Positions 28,371 to 37,918 of a stretch of DNA of 64,000 bases are shown here, one piece after another. A program made the translations under genes and the position numbers. The stretch covers positions 9,067 to 73,066 of the forward strand of contig JAYTHE010000043.1 in NCBI GenBank assembly GCA_043732705.1, given 5' to 3'. The notes beneath the pieces are model-generated. The model was not told the origin of the DNA. It saw only the letters and a program-made list of their open reading frames with translations, and made no database searches. The stretch comes from Candidatus Omnitrophota bacterium. Its GTDB lineage: Bacteria; Omnitrophota; Omnitrophia; Omnitrophales; Aquincolibacteriaceae. Position 1 is the first letter of the stretch. Every line of letters starts with the position of its first letter.

Positions 28371-29148
28371 AACCGTATCGAATAACTGGGGCGCGGCCAC
28401 AATGTTATGGTGGCGCGAGATCATCCGTTTTTACCGCCAGCCGAGCCGCGTGGCGGCCGCGATTTTATCGCCGTTTCTTTTTTGGTTTTTGATCGGCTCC
28501 GGCGTGGGGCGCACTTTTTCATCGGGCGGCGGGAGCAGCCATTACCTGGAATATTTTTTCCCCGGAGCGATTTTGCTCGTGATTTTATTTGCCGCTGTTT
28601 TTTCAACCATTTCAATCATTGAAGACCGGCGCGAAGGCTTTTTGCAATCGGTGATGGTAGCGCCCGTTTCACGCGCTTCCATTCCGCTTGGAAAAATTTT
28701 AGGCAGCACGAGTCTGGCTTTTTTTCAGTCCGTGCTTTTTATGGGGTTGGCAGTGGTGATGGGCATGCGACTGCACGGAACCCAGCTTGCGGCGACCGTA
28801 TTTGCGGTTTTACTCAGCTCCTTTTTGCTTTCAACTCTCGGGTTTTTAATGGCCTGGCAATTCCGTTCGATTCAGGGTTTTCATGCTGTCATGAATATGC
28901 TGCTCATGCCGATGTGGTTTTTGTCGGGCGCCATTTTTCCTGATACCGGCGCAGCGGTCTGGATTCGTATTTTGATGCATCTCAATCCGTTGTTTTACGG
29001 ACACAAATTGCTTTGTTCTGCGCTGGCTATTCCGGGCACGCCCGCTCAAACCGGCTGGACTTCAAGCGCGGTTATGATTGCTTCCGTTATTGTGCTTTGG
29101 ATTATTGCTGCTATTCAGGTATCAAAGAAAACTGGCATGGAATCCTAA
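28357..29148 (+). CDS. ABC-2 type transporter permease
   Basis: There are 6 predicted TM helices. The start MEKNKTV overlaps the ATPase stop. Confidence 0.65.
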   Translation: MEKNKTVSNNWGAATMLWWREIIRFYRQPSRVAAAILSPFLFWFLIGSGVGRTFSSGGGSSHYLEYFFPGAILLVILFAAVFSTISIIEDRREGFLQSVMVAPVSRASIPLGKILGSTSLAFFQSVLFMGLAVVMGMRLHGTQLAATVFAVLLSSFLLSTLGFLMAWQFRSIQGFHAVMNMLLMPMWFLSGAIFPDTGAAVWIRILMHLNPLFYGHKLLCSALAIPGTPAQTGWTSSAVMIASVIVLWIIAAIQVSKKTGMES

Positions 29149-29738
29149 TGCGTAATTGGCAATTATGGCTTGTCGCGGTGTTATTGGTGGTCGCTGGATT
29201 TTTTGCGGCGGTTAAAAAAGTTCATCAGGATTTACCGGTTTACACGCAAGTCCCCGCGTTTGAATTTCAAGATCAGAACGGAAAGCCTTTTTCAAGCGTA
29301 ATGCTTTCTAATCGTGTCTGGGTTGCCGGTTTTATTTTTACGCGCTGTATGGGGCCATGCCCTTTGATTTCGGCCAAAATGGCCGAATTAAAAAAACGTC
29401 TCCATTACTCCGACCGCTTTTCGCTGGTTTCTTTTACCGTGGACCCAGATTACGATACGCCCGAAAAACTGAAAGAATATTCCGTAAAATTTGAAAGAGA
29501 AGGCAGGCCGTCCTGGTATTTTCTGACAGGCGCGAAAGAAAAGATTTATGAAATTGCGGTTAAAACTTTCATGCAAACCGCTTCGCAGGATCCGTCGCAA
29601 AAAGACATCCAGGCGCGTTTCATGCATGGTACCCGGCTTTCGCTTGTGGATGACAAAGGACGTGTCCGCGGATTTTATAGTATTTCAGATGCTGATGCCG
29701 CAGAGCGGCTCGAGCGCGACATTCGCGCGATCCTCTAA
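29148..29738 (+). CDS. sco1: Sco1/SenC copper chaperone for cytochrome oxidase assembly
   Basis: There is an N-terminal TM segment, the CxxxC motif in FIFTRCMGPCPL, and a conserved His in RFMHGTRLSLVD. The ATG overlaps the permease stop (TAATG). Confidence 0.8.
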   Translation: MRNWQLWLVAVLLVVAGFFAAVKKVHQDLPVYTQVPAFEFQDQNGKPFSSVMLSNRVWVAGFIFTRCMGPCPLISAKMAELKKRLHYSDRFSLVSFTVDPDYDTPEKLKEYSVKFEREGRPSWYFLTGAKEKIYEIAVKTFMQTASQDPSQKDIQARFMHGTRLSLVDDKGRVRGFYSISDADAAERLERDIRAIL

Positions 29739-29741
29739 AAA

Positions 29742-30155
29742 ATGCAGATCAGCGATTTTCCCGTAATCAATGCGACGCTCAACGGCAGTAGCGCTGTTTT
29801 TTTATTGCTGGGGTTTTATTTTATAAAAAATAAAAATGTTCCCGCGCATCGCTTTTCGATGGTTTGTGCCGCAGTTGTATCGGCGGTTTTTCTCGGCTGT
29901 TATCTTTATTATCACGCGCATCACGGCGCCACAAAATATCCTCATCACGATTGGACAAGGCCGGTTTATTTCACGATTTTGATCACGCATACGATTTTGG
30001 CCGTGGCCAATCTTCCGCTAATTATCAGAACGTTGTGGTTTGCGCTGACAGGAAACTTTGATAAGCACAGAAAAATCGCGCAGATTACTTTTCCGATTTG
30101 GCTCTATATCTCCGTGACGGGAGTAATCATTTATTGGATGCTTTACCAGCGCTAA
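29742..30155 (+). CDS. DUF420-family membrane protein, a frequent neighbour of heme-copper oxidase genes
   Basis: The protein has 4 TM helices and starts 3 nt after sco1. Confidence 0.55.
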   Translation: MQISDFPVINATLNGSSAVFLLLGFYFIKNKNVPAHRFSMVCAAVVSAVFLGCYLYYHAHHGATKYPHHDWTRPVYFTILITHTILAVANLPLIIRTLWFALTGNFDKHRKIAQITFPIWLYISVTGVIIYWMLYQR

Positions 30156-30185
30156 AACGCCAAAGTTAGACTCGAATGTGTGATT

Positions 30186-30440
30186 TATCTCAAAAGATAA
30201 ATTCAGATCTGTTCAGACAGCGCCGTTTTGGCGCGGCGAACTCACATCTCTGAATTTACTTTTGAGATACGGCGCAATATAGGGGTGGAGAGGCAATAAG
30301 CGGAAAAACAACGCCGTCCTACTTTATTACTCGAAGATTCCATATTTTCAAGCTGCTCTAGGCGTCGAAGAGATAAATAGTTTTCTGTTATATCCTTTTC
30401 TTGGCCCAGCCGCAGCCGGGCCAAGAAAAGAGAAAGAAGG
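30186..30440 (+). repeat. family-1 modular intergenic element, copy A
   Basis: The outer stem atctcaaaagataaattcagatctg / catctctgaatttacttttgagat encloses H2 (cagacagcgccgttttggcgcggcgaactc). Block B is ggggtggagaggcaataagcgg. Block C is agttttctgttatatcc plus hairpin CTTGGCCCagccgcagccGGGCCAAG. Confidence 0.6.
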
Positions 30441-30562
30441 CTTCAAAAATACGCTGTTTTTGCCGATACAGTTTCTTCAGAGATTCGCTATTATTTTTAA
30501 AGTTTACGAGGCCGCTGCCTGAAAGACAGAGCCTTAATTAATACAGCGCAAGGAGACAGAAC

Positions 30563-32077
30563 ATGAATTTTCAGCTCAGCTCGCTTTCGAGTTTAAAGGA
30601 CAAAGCGGATTTATTTGTTATCGGAGTTTTTGAAGGCGAAGCCTATGAAAAACAGGCCGCTAAAATCGAGCCCGCGTTTTCCGAAATGCTTTCGGATGCG
30701 AAAGCCAGCAAGCGTTTTATCGGTTCTTTTGCCTCCACCATGGAAATTTACGGCAAATCAAAGCTTGCTACGGAAGTCATGGTATTCGGCCTCGGGCAAA
30801 AAAAGAATTATAAAAAAATGTGCATGCGCAAAGCTCTCGCGGGCATTGCACAGATCGCGAGCGCCAGAAAAGCTAGAAAAATCCGTGTCGTGCTCGAAAG
30901 CTTCACCGGCGGAGAAGTCAAAGCCGAGGATGTGGTTTACAGCGCGGTGGAAGTGCCGAATCTCGCGCTTTATAAGTTTGATACTTATATGCAGAAAAAA
31001 GACGGAGTCAAAAAAAGCTGGCTTGATAATTTGCCGCAGAAAATCGAAATTGTTTGCACGGCAAAACAAAATACGCGTCTTTTGACGCAGGTTGCCGAAC
31101 GGTCCGAAAAAATAACCGAGGCGGTTATCCGCGCGCGCGACATTAACAACCAGCCCGCAAATATTATGACGCCTGAAGCTCTGGCCAAAATCGCGGTGAA
31201 GCTCGCCAAAGAAAAAAAATTGGGCTGTGAAGTTTTTGCGGTGCCTGAACTCAAGAAACATAAAATGGGCGGAATTCTCGGCGTGGGCATGGGTAGTGAA
31301 AATCCGCCGCGGCTTGTGATTCTTGAATACGGAAAAGAATATAAATCAAAAGGTACAATTTGCCTTGTCGGCAAGGGCGTGACTTTTGATACAGGCGGAA
31401 TTTCGATTAAACCGGCCGGACGCATGGAAGAAATGAAATATGATAAATCCGGCGCGGTTGCGGTGATTTCCACTTTGGCCCTGCTTGCGGATTTGAAACC
31501 TGCCGTGCATGTGGTCGGACTGACGCCGCTCGCGGAAAACAACGTTTCGGAAGATCCGCAGCGTCCCGGCGACATCATCACCTTGCATAACGGAAAAACG
31601 GTGGAAGTTATTAACACCGACGCGGAAGGCCGCTTGATTTTGGGCGACGCGTTGAGCTATGCCGCCAAATATGAACCGGATGCGATTATCGATATCGCGA
31701 CATTAACGGGCGCGGTGGTGGCGACGCTGGGTGACAAAGCATCGGGATTGCTCGGCAATAATGACAAGCTCAAAGACCAGCTTAAAAAAGCGGGTGAAAT
31801 TTCAGGCGAACGCGTTTGGGAGCTGCCGCTTTGGGATGAATACGGCGAGACAATCAAAGGCCATCACTCCGACCTTTATAATGTGGGCGGTCCTTACGGC
31901 GGTACCATCACGGCTGCGATGTTTCTGAAAGAATTCGTGCCTGAAAAGACAGCCTGGGCGCATTTGGATGTGGCCGGCACGGCTTGGACGGGAAGCGCAC
32001 GCTTCGACTGTCAAAAAGGTGCGACAGGCCTAGGCGTGCGTCTTTTTGCAGAGTTGATTACCGCCTGGCGGCGATAA
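30563..32077 (+). CDS. pepA: leucyl aminopeptidase (M17)
   Basis: The M17 motifs NTDAEGRLILGDAL and GKGVTFDTGG are present. Confidence 0.9.
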   Translation: MNFQLSSLSSLKDKADLFVIGVFEGEAYEKQAAKIEPAFSEMLSDAKASKRFIGSFASTMEIYGKSKLATEVMVFGLGQKKNYKKMCMRKALAGIAQIASARKARKIRVVLESFTGGEVKAEDVVYSAVEVPNLALYKFDTYMQKKDGVKKSWLDNLPQKIEIVCTAKQNTRLLTQVAERSEKITEAVIRARDINNQPANIMTPEALAKIAVKLAKEKKLGCEVFAVPELKKHKMGGILGVGMGSENPPRLVILEYGKEYKSKGTICLVGKGVTFDTGGISIKPAGRMEEMKYDKSGAVAVISTLALLADLKPAVHVVGLTPLAENNVSEDPQRPGDIITLHNGKTVEVINTDAEGRLILGDALSYAAKYEPDAIIDIATLTGAVVATLGDKASGLLGNNDKLKDQLKKAGEISGERVWELPLWDEYGETIKGHHSDLYNVGGPYGGTITAAMFLKEFVPEKTAWAHLDVAGTAWTGSARFDCQKGATGLGVRLFAELITAWRR

Positions 32078-32190
32078 TCTTGCTCTGTTCGCTGATGCGA
32101 ACAACCGCATGCAAACAAGGGGCTCATTCAGTTTTAGGCTAAAAGGCCGTTAATGAAATGATAGCTAAAAGGTCAATTGAAGGAGGATTT

Positions 32191-32664
32191 ATGAAAAAAA
32201 CGGTTTCATATTTTGTTTTATTTTTAATGCTGTTGTCCGCGTTTCAAAGCACATCACGCGCGGACGGCGCTAAGCAAGGCGCGGCTTCTTTTGTTTTGCC
32301 GACAACCGGTCAGTACATGAATGGCGAATTCAACGAAGGTAAAACCAAGCTCATGGCCGGCATGGAAGTTGCCGCTATCACAACCACAGTTATTCTTGCA
32401 ACCGTTGTGGGCGGACCCATTGTTTGGGCCGGTATTGGGCCGCTGATTGCAAATCATACTTGGAGCGGTTACGATGCTTACAAAACAGCCAAAGAAAAAA
32501 ATGAAGACCCTAATGCCAACTACCCAACAGACGGCGGACAAGTTTATGATGCGCGCCGTGATCTCGATTTGGCGCGCCAGCAGCGTTACGATGCCGTGAA
32601 TAATCAGAATTTAAGTTTGCGCGAAAGAATGCGTCTCGCGGCCGAACAAGCCAACAACGGCTAA
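32191..32664 (+). CDS. hypothetical secreted protein
   Basis: There is a GGAGG RBS and then MKKTVSYFVLFLMLLSAFQSTSRA. I see no recognisable domain. Confidence 0.45.
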   Translation: MKKTVSYFVLFLMLLSAFQSTSRADGAKQGAASFVLPTTGQYMNGEFNEGKTKLMAGMEVAAITTTVILATVVGGPIVWAGIGPLIANHTWSGYDAYKTAKEKNEDPNANYPTDGGQVYDARRDLDLARQQRYDAVNNQNLSLRERMRLAAEQANNG

Positions 32665-32792
32665 TTTTTTTGGCTCTGAGCAAAGCTCAACCGCAAACGC
32701 GCTACTTTTTTTGAAGTCGTTCTAATTTACCGGCGAAGCTTTCCTCTGTAGTTAGGCCCCGGTTGCGCGAAGCGCAGAGGAAAATTAAATCA

Positions 32793-34124
32793 ATGGAACC
32801 TTTTTCTCCCACAATCGCAACTCAGGTTCAACGCCTGCTTTCACAGTTAAAATTTGCGGCCAAAGCCTGGCGCGAATGGAACCGTGATAAGTCGCTGCCC
32901 GCGGACCGTTGGCTTGCGCGGATTTTTGCCGAGAACCGGAAAGTAATCGGTTCCCGCGACCGCCGTTTTATTTCCGGCTGTGTTCATCAGGTTTTCAGAA
33001 ATCAAAGTTTTTATGATTATTGGATTCAAAAATTCGCGCAAAGCGATGTTCGCGATCCTGTTAAATACGCAAAATTTTTATGCTTGCTGGGCGCGGTGGA
33101 AGACAGCTCCATTGAAGAACCGGTTTTTACGGCGGCCTGGAATGAAATCAAAGACCAGGCAGAATTAGAAAAGCCAGGCGATCTTTTTAAAATTATCAAA
33201 GAGCATACTATTTCCGAAGCGGAGGCCTCCGTTTCGCGTACCGGCTGGCTTGCGCTGCGTTATTCCTTTCCGGGTTGGCTTGTTGAGCGCTGGACCAAAG
33301 CTTTTGGCGATGCTGAATGTGAAGCGCTGCTCAAAGCCACGCATGACCGGCCGCCGCTTGTAATTCGTGCCAACACTTTGAAGATGTCCCGCGAGGAATT
33401 AATCCAACAGTTGGATCCTGCGTCCGGGCCCGAAGCAATTGCGGGTACCGTCGGCGCGATTCGTTTTCGTGAACATGCCCAGGTTAAGAATTCACCGCTT
33501 TTTACGGAAGGTTATTTTGAGATTCAGTCCGAAGCCAGCCAGCAGGTTGTTGAATTAATCGCGCCGAAGCCGGGAGAAAAGGTTTGGGATGTTTGTGCGG
33601 GCGGCGGCGGCAAAACATTGTTTCTCGCGGCGCTGATGCAAAACGAAGGCCAGGTGATGGCGACGGATTTGCGCTCGCTTGCAATTAAAGAGTTAAAATT
33701 ACGCGCGGAACGCGCGGGCGCGGTGAACATTAAAGCCGCAGATATTCAGCGTTTTTATAACGGGGAAGTGACCGAGCGATTTGATAAAATAATGGTCGAT
33801 GCGCCTTGCTCGGGCTCCGGAACGCTCGGACGTGCGCCTGATTTAAAATGGCGGCTTGAAGAAAAGAGCTTTGATGATTATGCTGTCAAGCAAATGGAGA
33901 TTCTCGAGATGGCGCTGCCTTATTTAAAGCCATCGGGGAAAATGTACTATATTACCTGTTCGATTGACCGCACTGAAAATGAAGGCGTGACGGAAAGTTT
34001 TTTAAAGCGGCATTCGGAACTAGTTTTGGATGATTTGGGCGGCTGTGCGGCCCAAGGGCTTAGAATTTGGCCCCATCGCAAAAATACGGATGGTTTTTTT
34101 ATGGCTTGTTTTAAATTCCGGTGA
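32793..34124 (+). CDS. rsmB: 16S rRNA m5C methyltransferase, RsmB/Sun family
   Basis: The motifs VWDVCAGGGGKT (SAM binding) and MVDAPCSGSGT are present, with a C-terminal Cys in ITCSI. An alternative start is at 32763. Confidence 0.8.
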   Translation: MEPFSPTIATQVQRLLSQLKFAAKAWREWNRDKSLPADRWLARIFAENRKVIGSRDRRFISGCVHQVFRNQSFYDYWIQKFAQSDVRDPVKYAKFLCLLGAVEDSSIEEPVFTAAWNEIKDQAELEKPGDLFKIIKEHTISEAEASVSRTGWLALRYSFPGWLVERWTKAFGDAECEALLKATHDRPPLVIRANTLKMSREELIQQLDPASGPEAIAGTVGAIRFREHAQVKNSPLFTEGYFEIQSEASQQVVELIAPKPGEKVWDVCAGGGGKTLFLAALMQNEGQVMATDLRSLAIKELKLRAERAGAVNIKAADIQRFYNGEVTERFDKIMVDAPCSGSGTLGRAPDLKWRLEEKSFDDYAVKQMEILEMALPYLKPSGKMYYITCSIDRTENEGVTESFLKRHSELVLDDLGGCAAQGLRIWPHRKNTDGFFMACFKFR

Positions 34125-34150
34125 GATTTTTTAAAAAAAAAGGAGATAAG

Positions 34151-34504
34151 ATGAAAAAGATTTGGATCGTTTTTTTTATGCTTTGCTTAGCGCCGGCTTT
34201 ATTCGCATCTGAGCAAAAAACATCAGACCGAAGTGTCCTTGCCGCAATCGGACATTTGGAGGGCCGCGGGTTTTCGAATGTTTTTTTATTTCCCGCTGAG
34301 TGGGGACATTTACCCAAACCCGAATACGGCGGCGTTCTCGGTTATCCGCTTGTGGGGCTGACACATTTAGGCGGACGTCTTTTTTCGGGTTTAACAGATA
34401 TTGCTTTTCTTCCCGTGGCGTATCCTTTTACGAAGTATGACGATTCTATCCCAGTCGGCCTGGGCTGGGGCGAATTCCCCTGGCAGAAACCAAGCAACAG
34501 CTGA
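34151..34504 (+). CDS. small secreted protein, GRGF-motif family (possibly the exosortase-associated TIGR04073-like family)
   Basis: There is a signal peptide, and then AAIGHLEGRGFSNVFLFPAEW..G..G..TDIAFLPVAYPF. It is paralogous to 36827-37402 and 51442-51798. Confidence 0.5.
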   Translation: MKKIWIVFFMLCLAPALFASEQKTSDRSVLAAIGHLEGRGFSNVFLFPAEWGHLPKPEYGGVLGYPLVGLTHLGGRLFSGLTDIAFLPVAYPFTKYDDSIPVGLGWGEFPWQKPSNS

Positions 34505-34631
34505 AAAAGGCCATTCGCGTCGTTGAGGCCTTCGCTTCCTTCCGCGATGTATTATCGATACACCTTGGTCGGGCGCTTGCCCTCGCCTAGCGACTGATCC
34601 TTTTTGAGCCGTTGCCACAATTTTTACATTT

Positions 34632-35372
34632 ATGAAGCCTTCCAATTTTTACATCATTCTTTGTCATCCGTTTACAGCAGATAATATCGGTGCCGCGGCG
34701 CGTGCGATGAAGAACATGGGTTTTTCAAATTTGCGTTTGGTGGCGCCGCGCCGTAACTGGAAGAAACGCGCTTATGTTTTGGCGCGCAACGCGTCCGAAG
34801 TTGTTGAGCATGCACGTGTTTTTGCAACGCTGGGCGAAGCAACTGCTGATTTAAATTGGACTTGTGGAACCACGCGCCGCGTCCGCGGTAAAGCCGCTAA
34901 ATTTTTGGCGTTCGAATCTTTTATCGATGTTGCCGGTAAAAAAAGCCGCGGTCTGAAAGTGGGGCTTGTTTTCGGTCGTGAATCCAAAGGCCTGAACGCG
35001 GAAGAGCTGGAACACTGTGATCAGCTGGTCAGTCTGCCTGCCGATGAGGCATATCCCTCGCTTAATTTAGCGCAAGCCGTTATGGTTACGCTTTTTTCTC
35101 TTTCACGAAAGCGTTTGTCGGGGGCAAAGACCGTTGTATCGATGCATGCGGAAAAGCCCCTTTTGGATAAATCCGGCGTTCAAAGCGCTATGCAGTCTTT
35201 CGCGAAGGCCTTAGAATGTATCGGTTTTTACGGCGGCAAAGACGGGCGCTTGGATAAAATTATGAAAGTGACAGAAGCTATTTTTAAACGCGCCGGCATG
35301 TTTGACTATGAAGCGCAAATGTTAAAAGGTGTTTCGGCGCGCATCATTGAGCGCACAGCACAAAAGAAATAA
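34632..35372 (+). CDS. SpoU/TrmH-family RNA 2'-O-methyltransferase (TrmJ-like)
   Basis: The N-terminus FYIILCHPFTADNIGAAARAMKNMGFSNLRLVAP matches the TrmJ pattern. Confidence 0.7.
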   Translation: MKPSNFYIILCHPFTADNIGAAARAMKNMGFSNLRLVAPRRNWKKRAYVLARNASEVVEHARVFATLGEATADLNWTCGTTRRVRGKAAKFLAFESFIDVAGKKSRGLKVGLVFGRESKGLNAEELEHCDQLVSLPADEAYPSLNLAQAVMVTLFSLSRKRLSGAKTVVSMHAEKPLLDKSGVQSAMQSFAKALECIGFYGGKDGRLDKIMKVTEAIFKRAGMFDYEAQMLKGVSARIIERTAQKK

Positions 35373-35398
35373 TAAATCAAAGAGGCACAAGAAATTTT

Positions 35399-35947
35399 AT
35401 GGACGAAACAGAATTACGCAGCGCACTTTTAAAATTAATTCAGGAAAAAGCCCTGCGCCGCGGCGATTTCACGCTTGCTTCAGGTAAAAAAGCAAAATTC
35501 TATCTGGACGGCAAGCAAATTACCTTGGACCCTCAGGGATTGATGCTGACGGGGAAAATCATGCTCGCGATGCTGCATGGCGTCAAAGTGGATGCGGTTG
35601 GCGGCCCGACATTGGGCGCGGATCCGATCGCTGCGGCGCTTGCGCTTTTAAGTTCACAGAGCGGCAAGCCGCTGCGCGCGTTTATTGTGCGCAAAGAAGC
35701 AAAATTGCATGGAACGCAAAAAATGATCGAAGGACCCGCGCTGCAAAAAGGCGATCATGTCGTGATGCTGGAAGATGTAATTACAACCGGCGGCTCAGTA
35801 TTGAAAGCGATCAAAGAAGTTGAAGCGCTTGGCGCAAAAGTTGTGAAGACACTTTGCCTTGTGGATCGTAACGAAGGCGCGAAAGAAACTTTAGATGCTT
35901 ATGGGTATTCGCCGATTTTTACTCTTGAGGATCTCGGGGTTAGTTAA
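35399..35947 (+). CDS. pyrE: orotate phosphoribosyltransferase
   Basis: The PRPP-binding motif VVMLEDVITTGGS is present, together with an N-terminal FTLASGKKAKFYLD. Confidence 0.8.
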   Translation: MDETELRSALLKLIQEKALRRGDFTLASGKKAKFYLDGKQITLDPQGLMLTGKIMLAMLHGVKVDAVGGPTLGADPIAAALALLSSQSGKPLRAFIVRKEAKLHGTQKMIEGPALQKGDHVVMLEDVITTGGSVLKAIKEVEALGAKVVKTLCLVDRNEGAKETLDAYGYSPIFTLEDLGVS

Positions 35948-36039
35948 TATTTAAATAGAATTGATTTAAGAAAGCCTGAACAGAAATGTTCGAGCTTTCT
36001 TAATTTAAGATCGTACTCAAAAGGGTAAGAGTCTTTAAA

Positions 36040-36350
36040 GAAAAATTCATCCGCTCAGACAGCGCCGTCTTAACGCGGCGAACTCGCGGACTGAATTTTT
36101 CTTCCAAAGCCTTCTGCGCATAGCTGGGGTGTTGGGTTGTGATCAGAGAAGCAAAGTGCGCTGCTAAATGATGAGAGGCGCAACCGCATTTGTCGCCGCA
36201 TAAAGTCTTAAGGTTCTTCAAATAGCTTCCCACCATACCTTCTTTTTGGCTCTGCAAAGCAGGGCCAAAAGAAAGATGAACAAGGCTGTCAAAGTAGCTT
36301 CCCGTCTTGTTTTTCACAGTTTCGGAAAATCAGAAACTGTGAAACGAATG
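36040..36350 (+). repeat. family-1 modular intergenic element, copy B (with a duplicated C-like module)
   Basis: The outer stem gaaaaattcatccgc/gcggactgaatttttc encloses H2. Block B is ggtgttgggttgtgatcagagaagcaaag. Block C is atagcttcccaccataccttc plus hairpin TTTTGGCtctgcaaagcaggGCCAAAA. A second agtagcttccc module carries a CACAGTTTC/GAAACTGTG hairpin. Confidence 0.6.
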
Positions 36351-36785
36351 CTTACCTTTTTTTGAGAGCGAAAAAAGGTAAGGAAGGACCTTGGCTGGTT
36401 AAAGGGGAGACATTGAATTGCGTTCATAAATCGTTTTATGGGCGCAGTTTTGACGAGCCACTGTTTTATTTTCCTCTGCGCTAAGCGCAACCGTTTTACC
36501 GGCATCGCTTTGCTAAGCCGGTAAAAGATAAAATGGGAAACTAGTTTGCTGAGGTTGAGGGGTATCGTTGCAAAATAATCATAGAGCTTTCGAGAAATTC
36601 AGAATTCACTAGCTTGTTTCTCTGCTAATTGCTTCCACCGACCCTTATGCAGCAGTACTTTTAAATTAGGATTTAGATTGCGAGTTCTGCGCCGTAGGAC
36701 GCAGTTGTTTGAGCAGGATAAATCTTAATTTAAAAATAAACACGAAAAGAATAAATCAAAAAGCGCAGAGCATAGACATAAAAAA

Positions 36786-36816
36786 AGCCGCACCTTTTTC
36801 AGATGCGGCTTTTTAA
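36786..36816. terminator. bidirectional hairpin terminator (AGCCGCA..TGCGGCT flanked by A/T runs)
   Basis: The sequence aaaaAGCCGCAcctttttcagaTGCGGCTtttt lies immediately 3' of the minus-strand gene 36827-37402. Confidence 0.5.
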
Positions 36817-36826
36817 AAAAGAAGTC

Positions 36827-37402
36827 TTACTTGCTTACGTATTTATTCGTACCGTTGCTTGCGTAAGGAGAACCATTCTTATCAACATAACGGTTTACAC
36901 CGTTCTTGTCGACATAGCGGTTGGCGCCGTCATTCGGAGCGGCCCAAGTTGTTGCGCCTGATGGAGTCGTTGATGCGGCCCAAGTTGCGGCGGCAGCGGG
37001 TGCGGCATATTGAGAGCCTTCCCAGTTTTTGTTGGTATCGCTGCTTGATTCAAGACAGTTGCTGTATGAACGCGCAACGGGAATACCGTTGAAACTTGGA
37101 ACCCAGAAAGTAACGATATCAACAGCGCCTGAACCAATACGGAGAACAGCGCAACCCAACCCGCTGCCAAGTCCGGCTAAAGTTCCGATGATTGGAGGGC
37201 CGCTTTTTGTTTTGTCTACAGTCTGAACAATAATGTCTACCGGGCTGGTGATAACATTCACAAAACCGCGGCCAAGCATACCAACCGCTTTGCGGCCATA
37301 AGAAGGTGATTCAGCCATGGTCCAAATATCAGCGGCGTGAGCGTTTGAGGTGGTCATGGCAAGGATAAGAGCAAGACATCCAAGCTGTTTGAGTGATTTC
37401 AT
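36827..37402 (-). CDS. secreted Gly/Ala-rich protein of the GRGF-motif family with a C-terminal NRYVDKNG tandem repeat
   Basis: The signal peptide is MKSLKQLGCLALILAMTTSNAHA. The family motif is KAVGMLGRGFVNVITSPVDII...DIVTFWVP. The C-terminus reads NRYVDKNGVNRYVDKNGSPYASNGTNKYVSK. Confidence 0.5.
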   Translation of the reverse strand: MKSLKQLGCLALILAMTTSNAHAADIWTMAESPSYGRKAVGMLGRGFVNVITSPVDIIVQTVDKTKSGPPIIGTLAGLGSGLGCAVLRIGSGAVDIVTFWVPSFNGIPVARSYSNCLESSSDTNKNWEGSQYAAPAAAATWAASTTPSGATTWAAPNDGANRYVDKNGVNRYVDKNGSPYASNGTNKYVSK

Positions 37403-37668
37403 AGATTCCTCCTAGATTCAGTTTCAAAATAAGTTCAGGTAAAAAAGATTGCGACAGTTCGAAATAATACATGTAAGAAGGGCTTCAGGCAATATTTTTA
37501 TTCAAAGTCGCCATTAACTTAACCCTTTTTATAATAATACCTTACAAAAAGTAGCGTATATAACATTTATATCAAGTCTTGACAATTTATAGTATCTAAA
37601 GTACTTTAAGGAGTGAGAACTAGCATAATAGAGCATCAAACTAGCAATTTAAAACAAGGAGTAGAGTT

Positions 37669-37881
37669 ATGGATCAAAAGCCTGAAGAACAGGGTCAATT
37701 CCCACGCCGGGAAAGAACCCAGATTATGACACCTAAGGAAGCTGCTAAGTATCTTGGCTTCCATCTCGTAACAATTTATCGTTTGCTGAAAAAGTCAGAA
37801 ATTCCAGCAACGAAAATTGGCGGGCAATGGCGTTTTAAGAAAGACATTCTTGATGAATGGCTTATGAGCCGTATGAAATAA
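37669..37881 (+). CDS. excisionase-family helix-turn-helix DNA-binding protein
   Basis: The sequence MTPKEAAKYLGFHLVTIYRLLKKSEIPATKIGGQWRFKKDILDEWL is a classic excisionase-type HTH. It is preceded by 230 bp of AT-rich DNA carrying TTGACA at 37579. Confidence 0.65.
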   Translation: MDQKPEEQGQFPRRERTQIMTPKEAAKYLGFHLVTIYRLLKKSEIPATKIGGQWRFKKDILDEWLMSRMK

Positions 37882-37918
37882 AAATTGAGGAGGTGATTGG
37901 ATGGAACCTGTCACAGTT

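Noticed and set aside
30615-31617. Alternative-frame ORFs of 156-210 aa overlapping pepA
   Set aside because: The pepA frame carries unmistakable M17 motifs. The overlapping frames are low-complexity, Arg-rich artefacts.
37440-37881. Prophage or integrative-element remnant around the excisionase-type HTH gene
   Set aside because: There is only an isolated 70-aa HTH gene in an AT-rich gap. There is no integrase, no att-like direct repeats, no tRNA and no phage genes. It more likely acts as a small transcription regulator.
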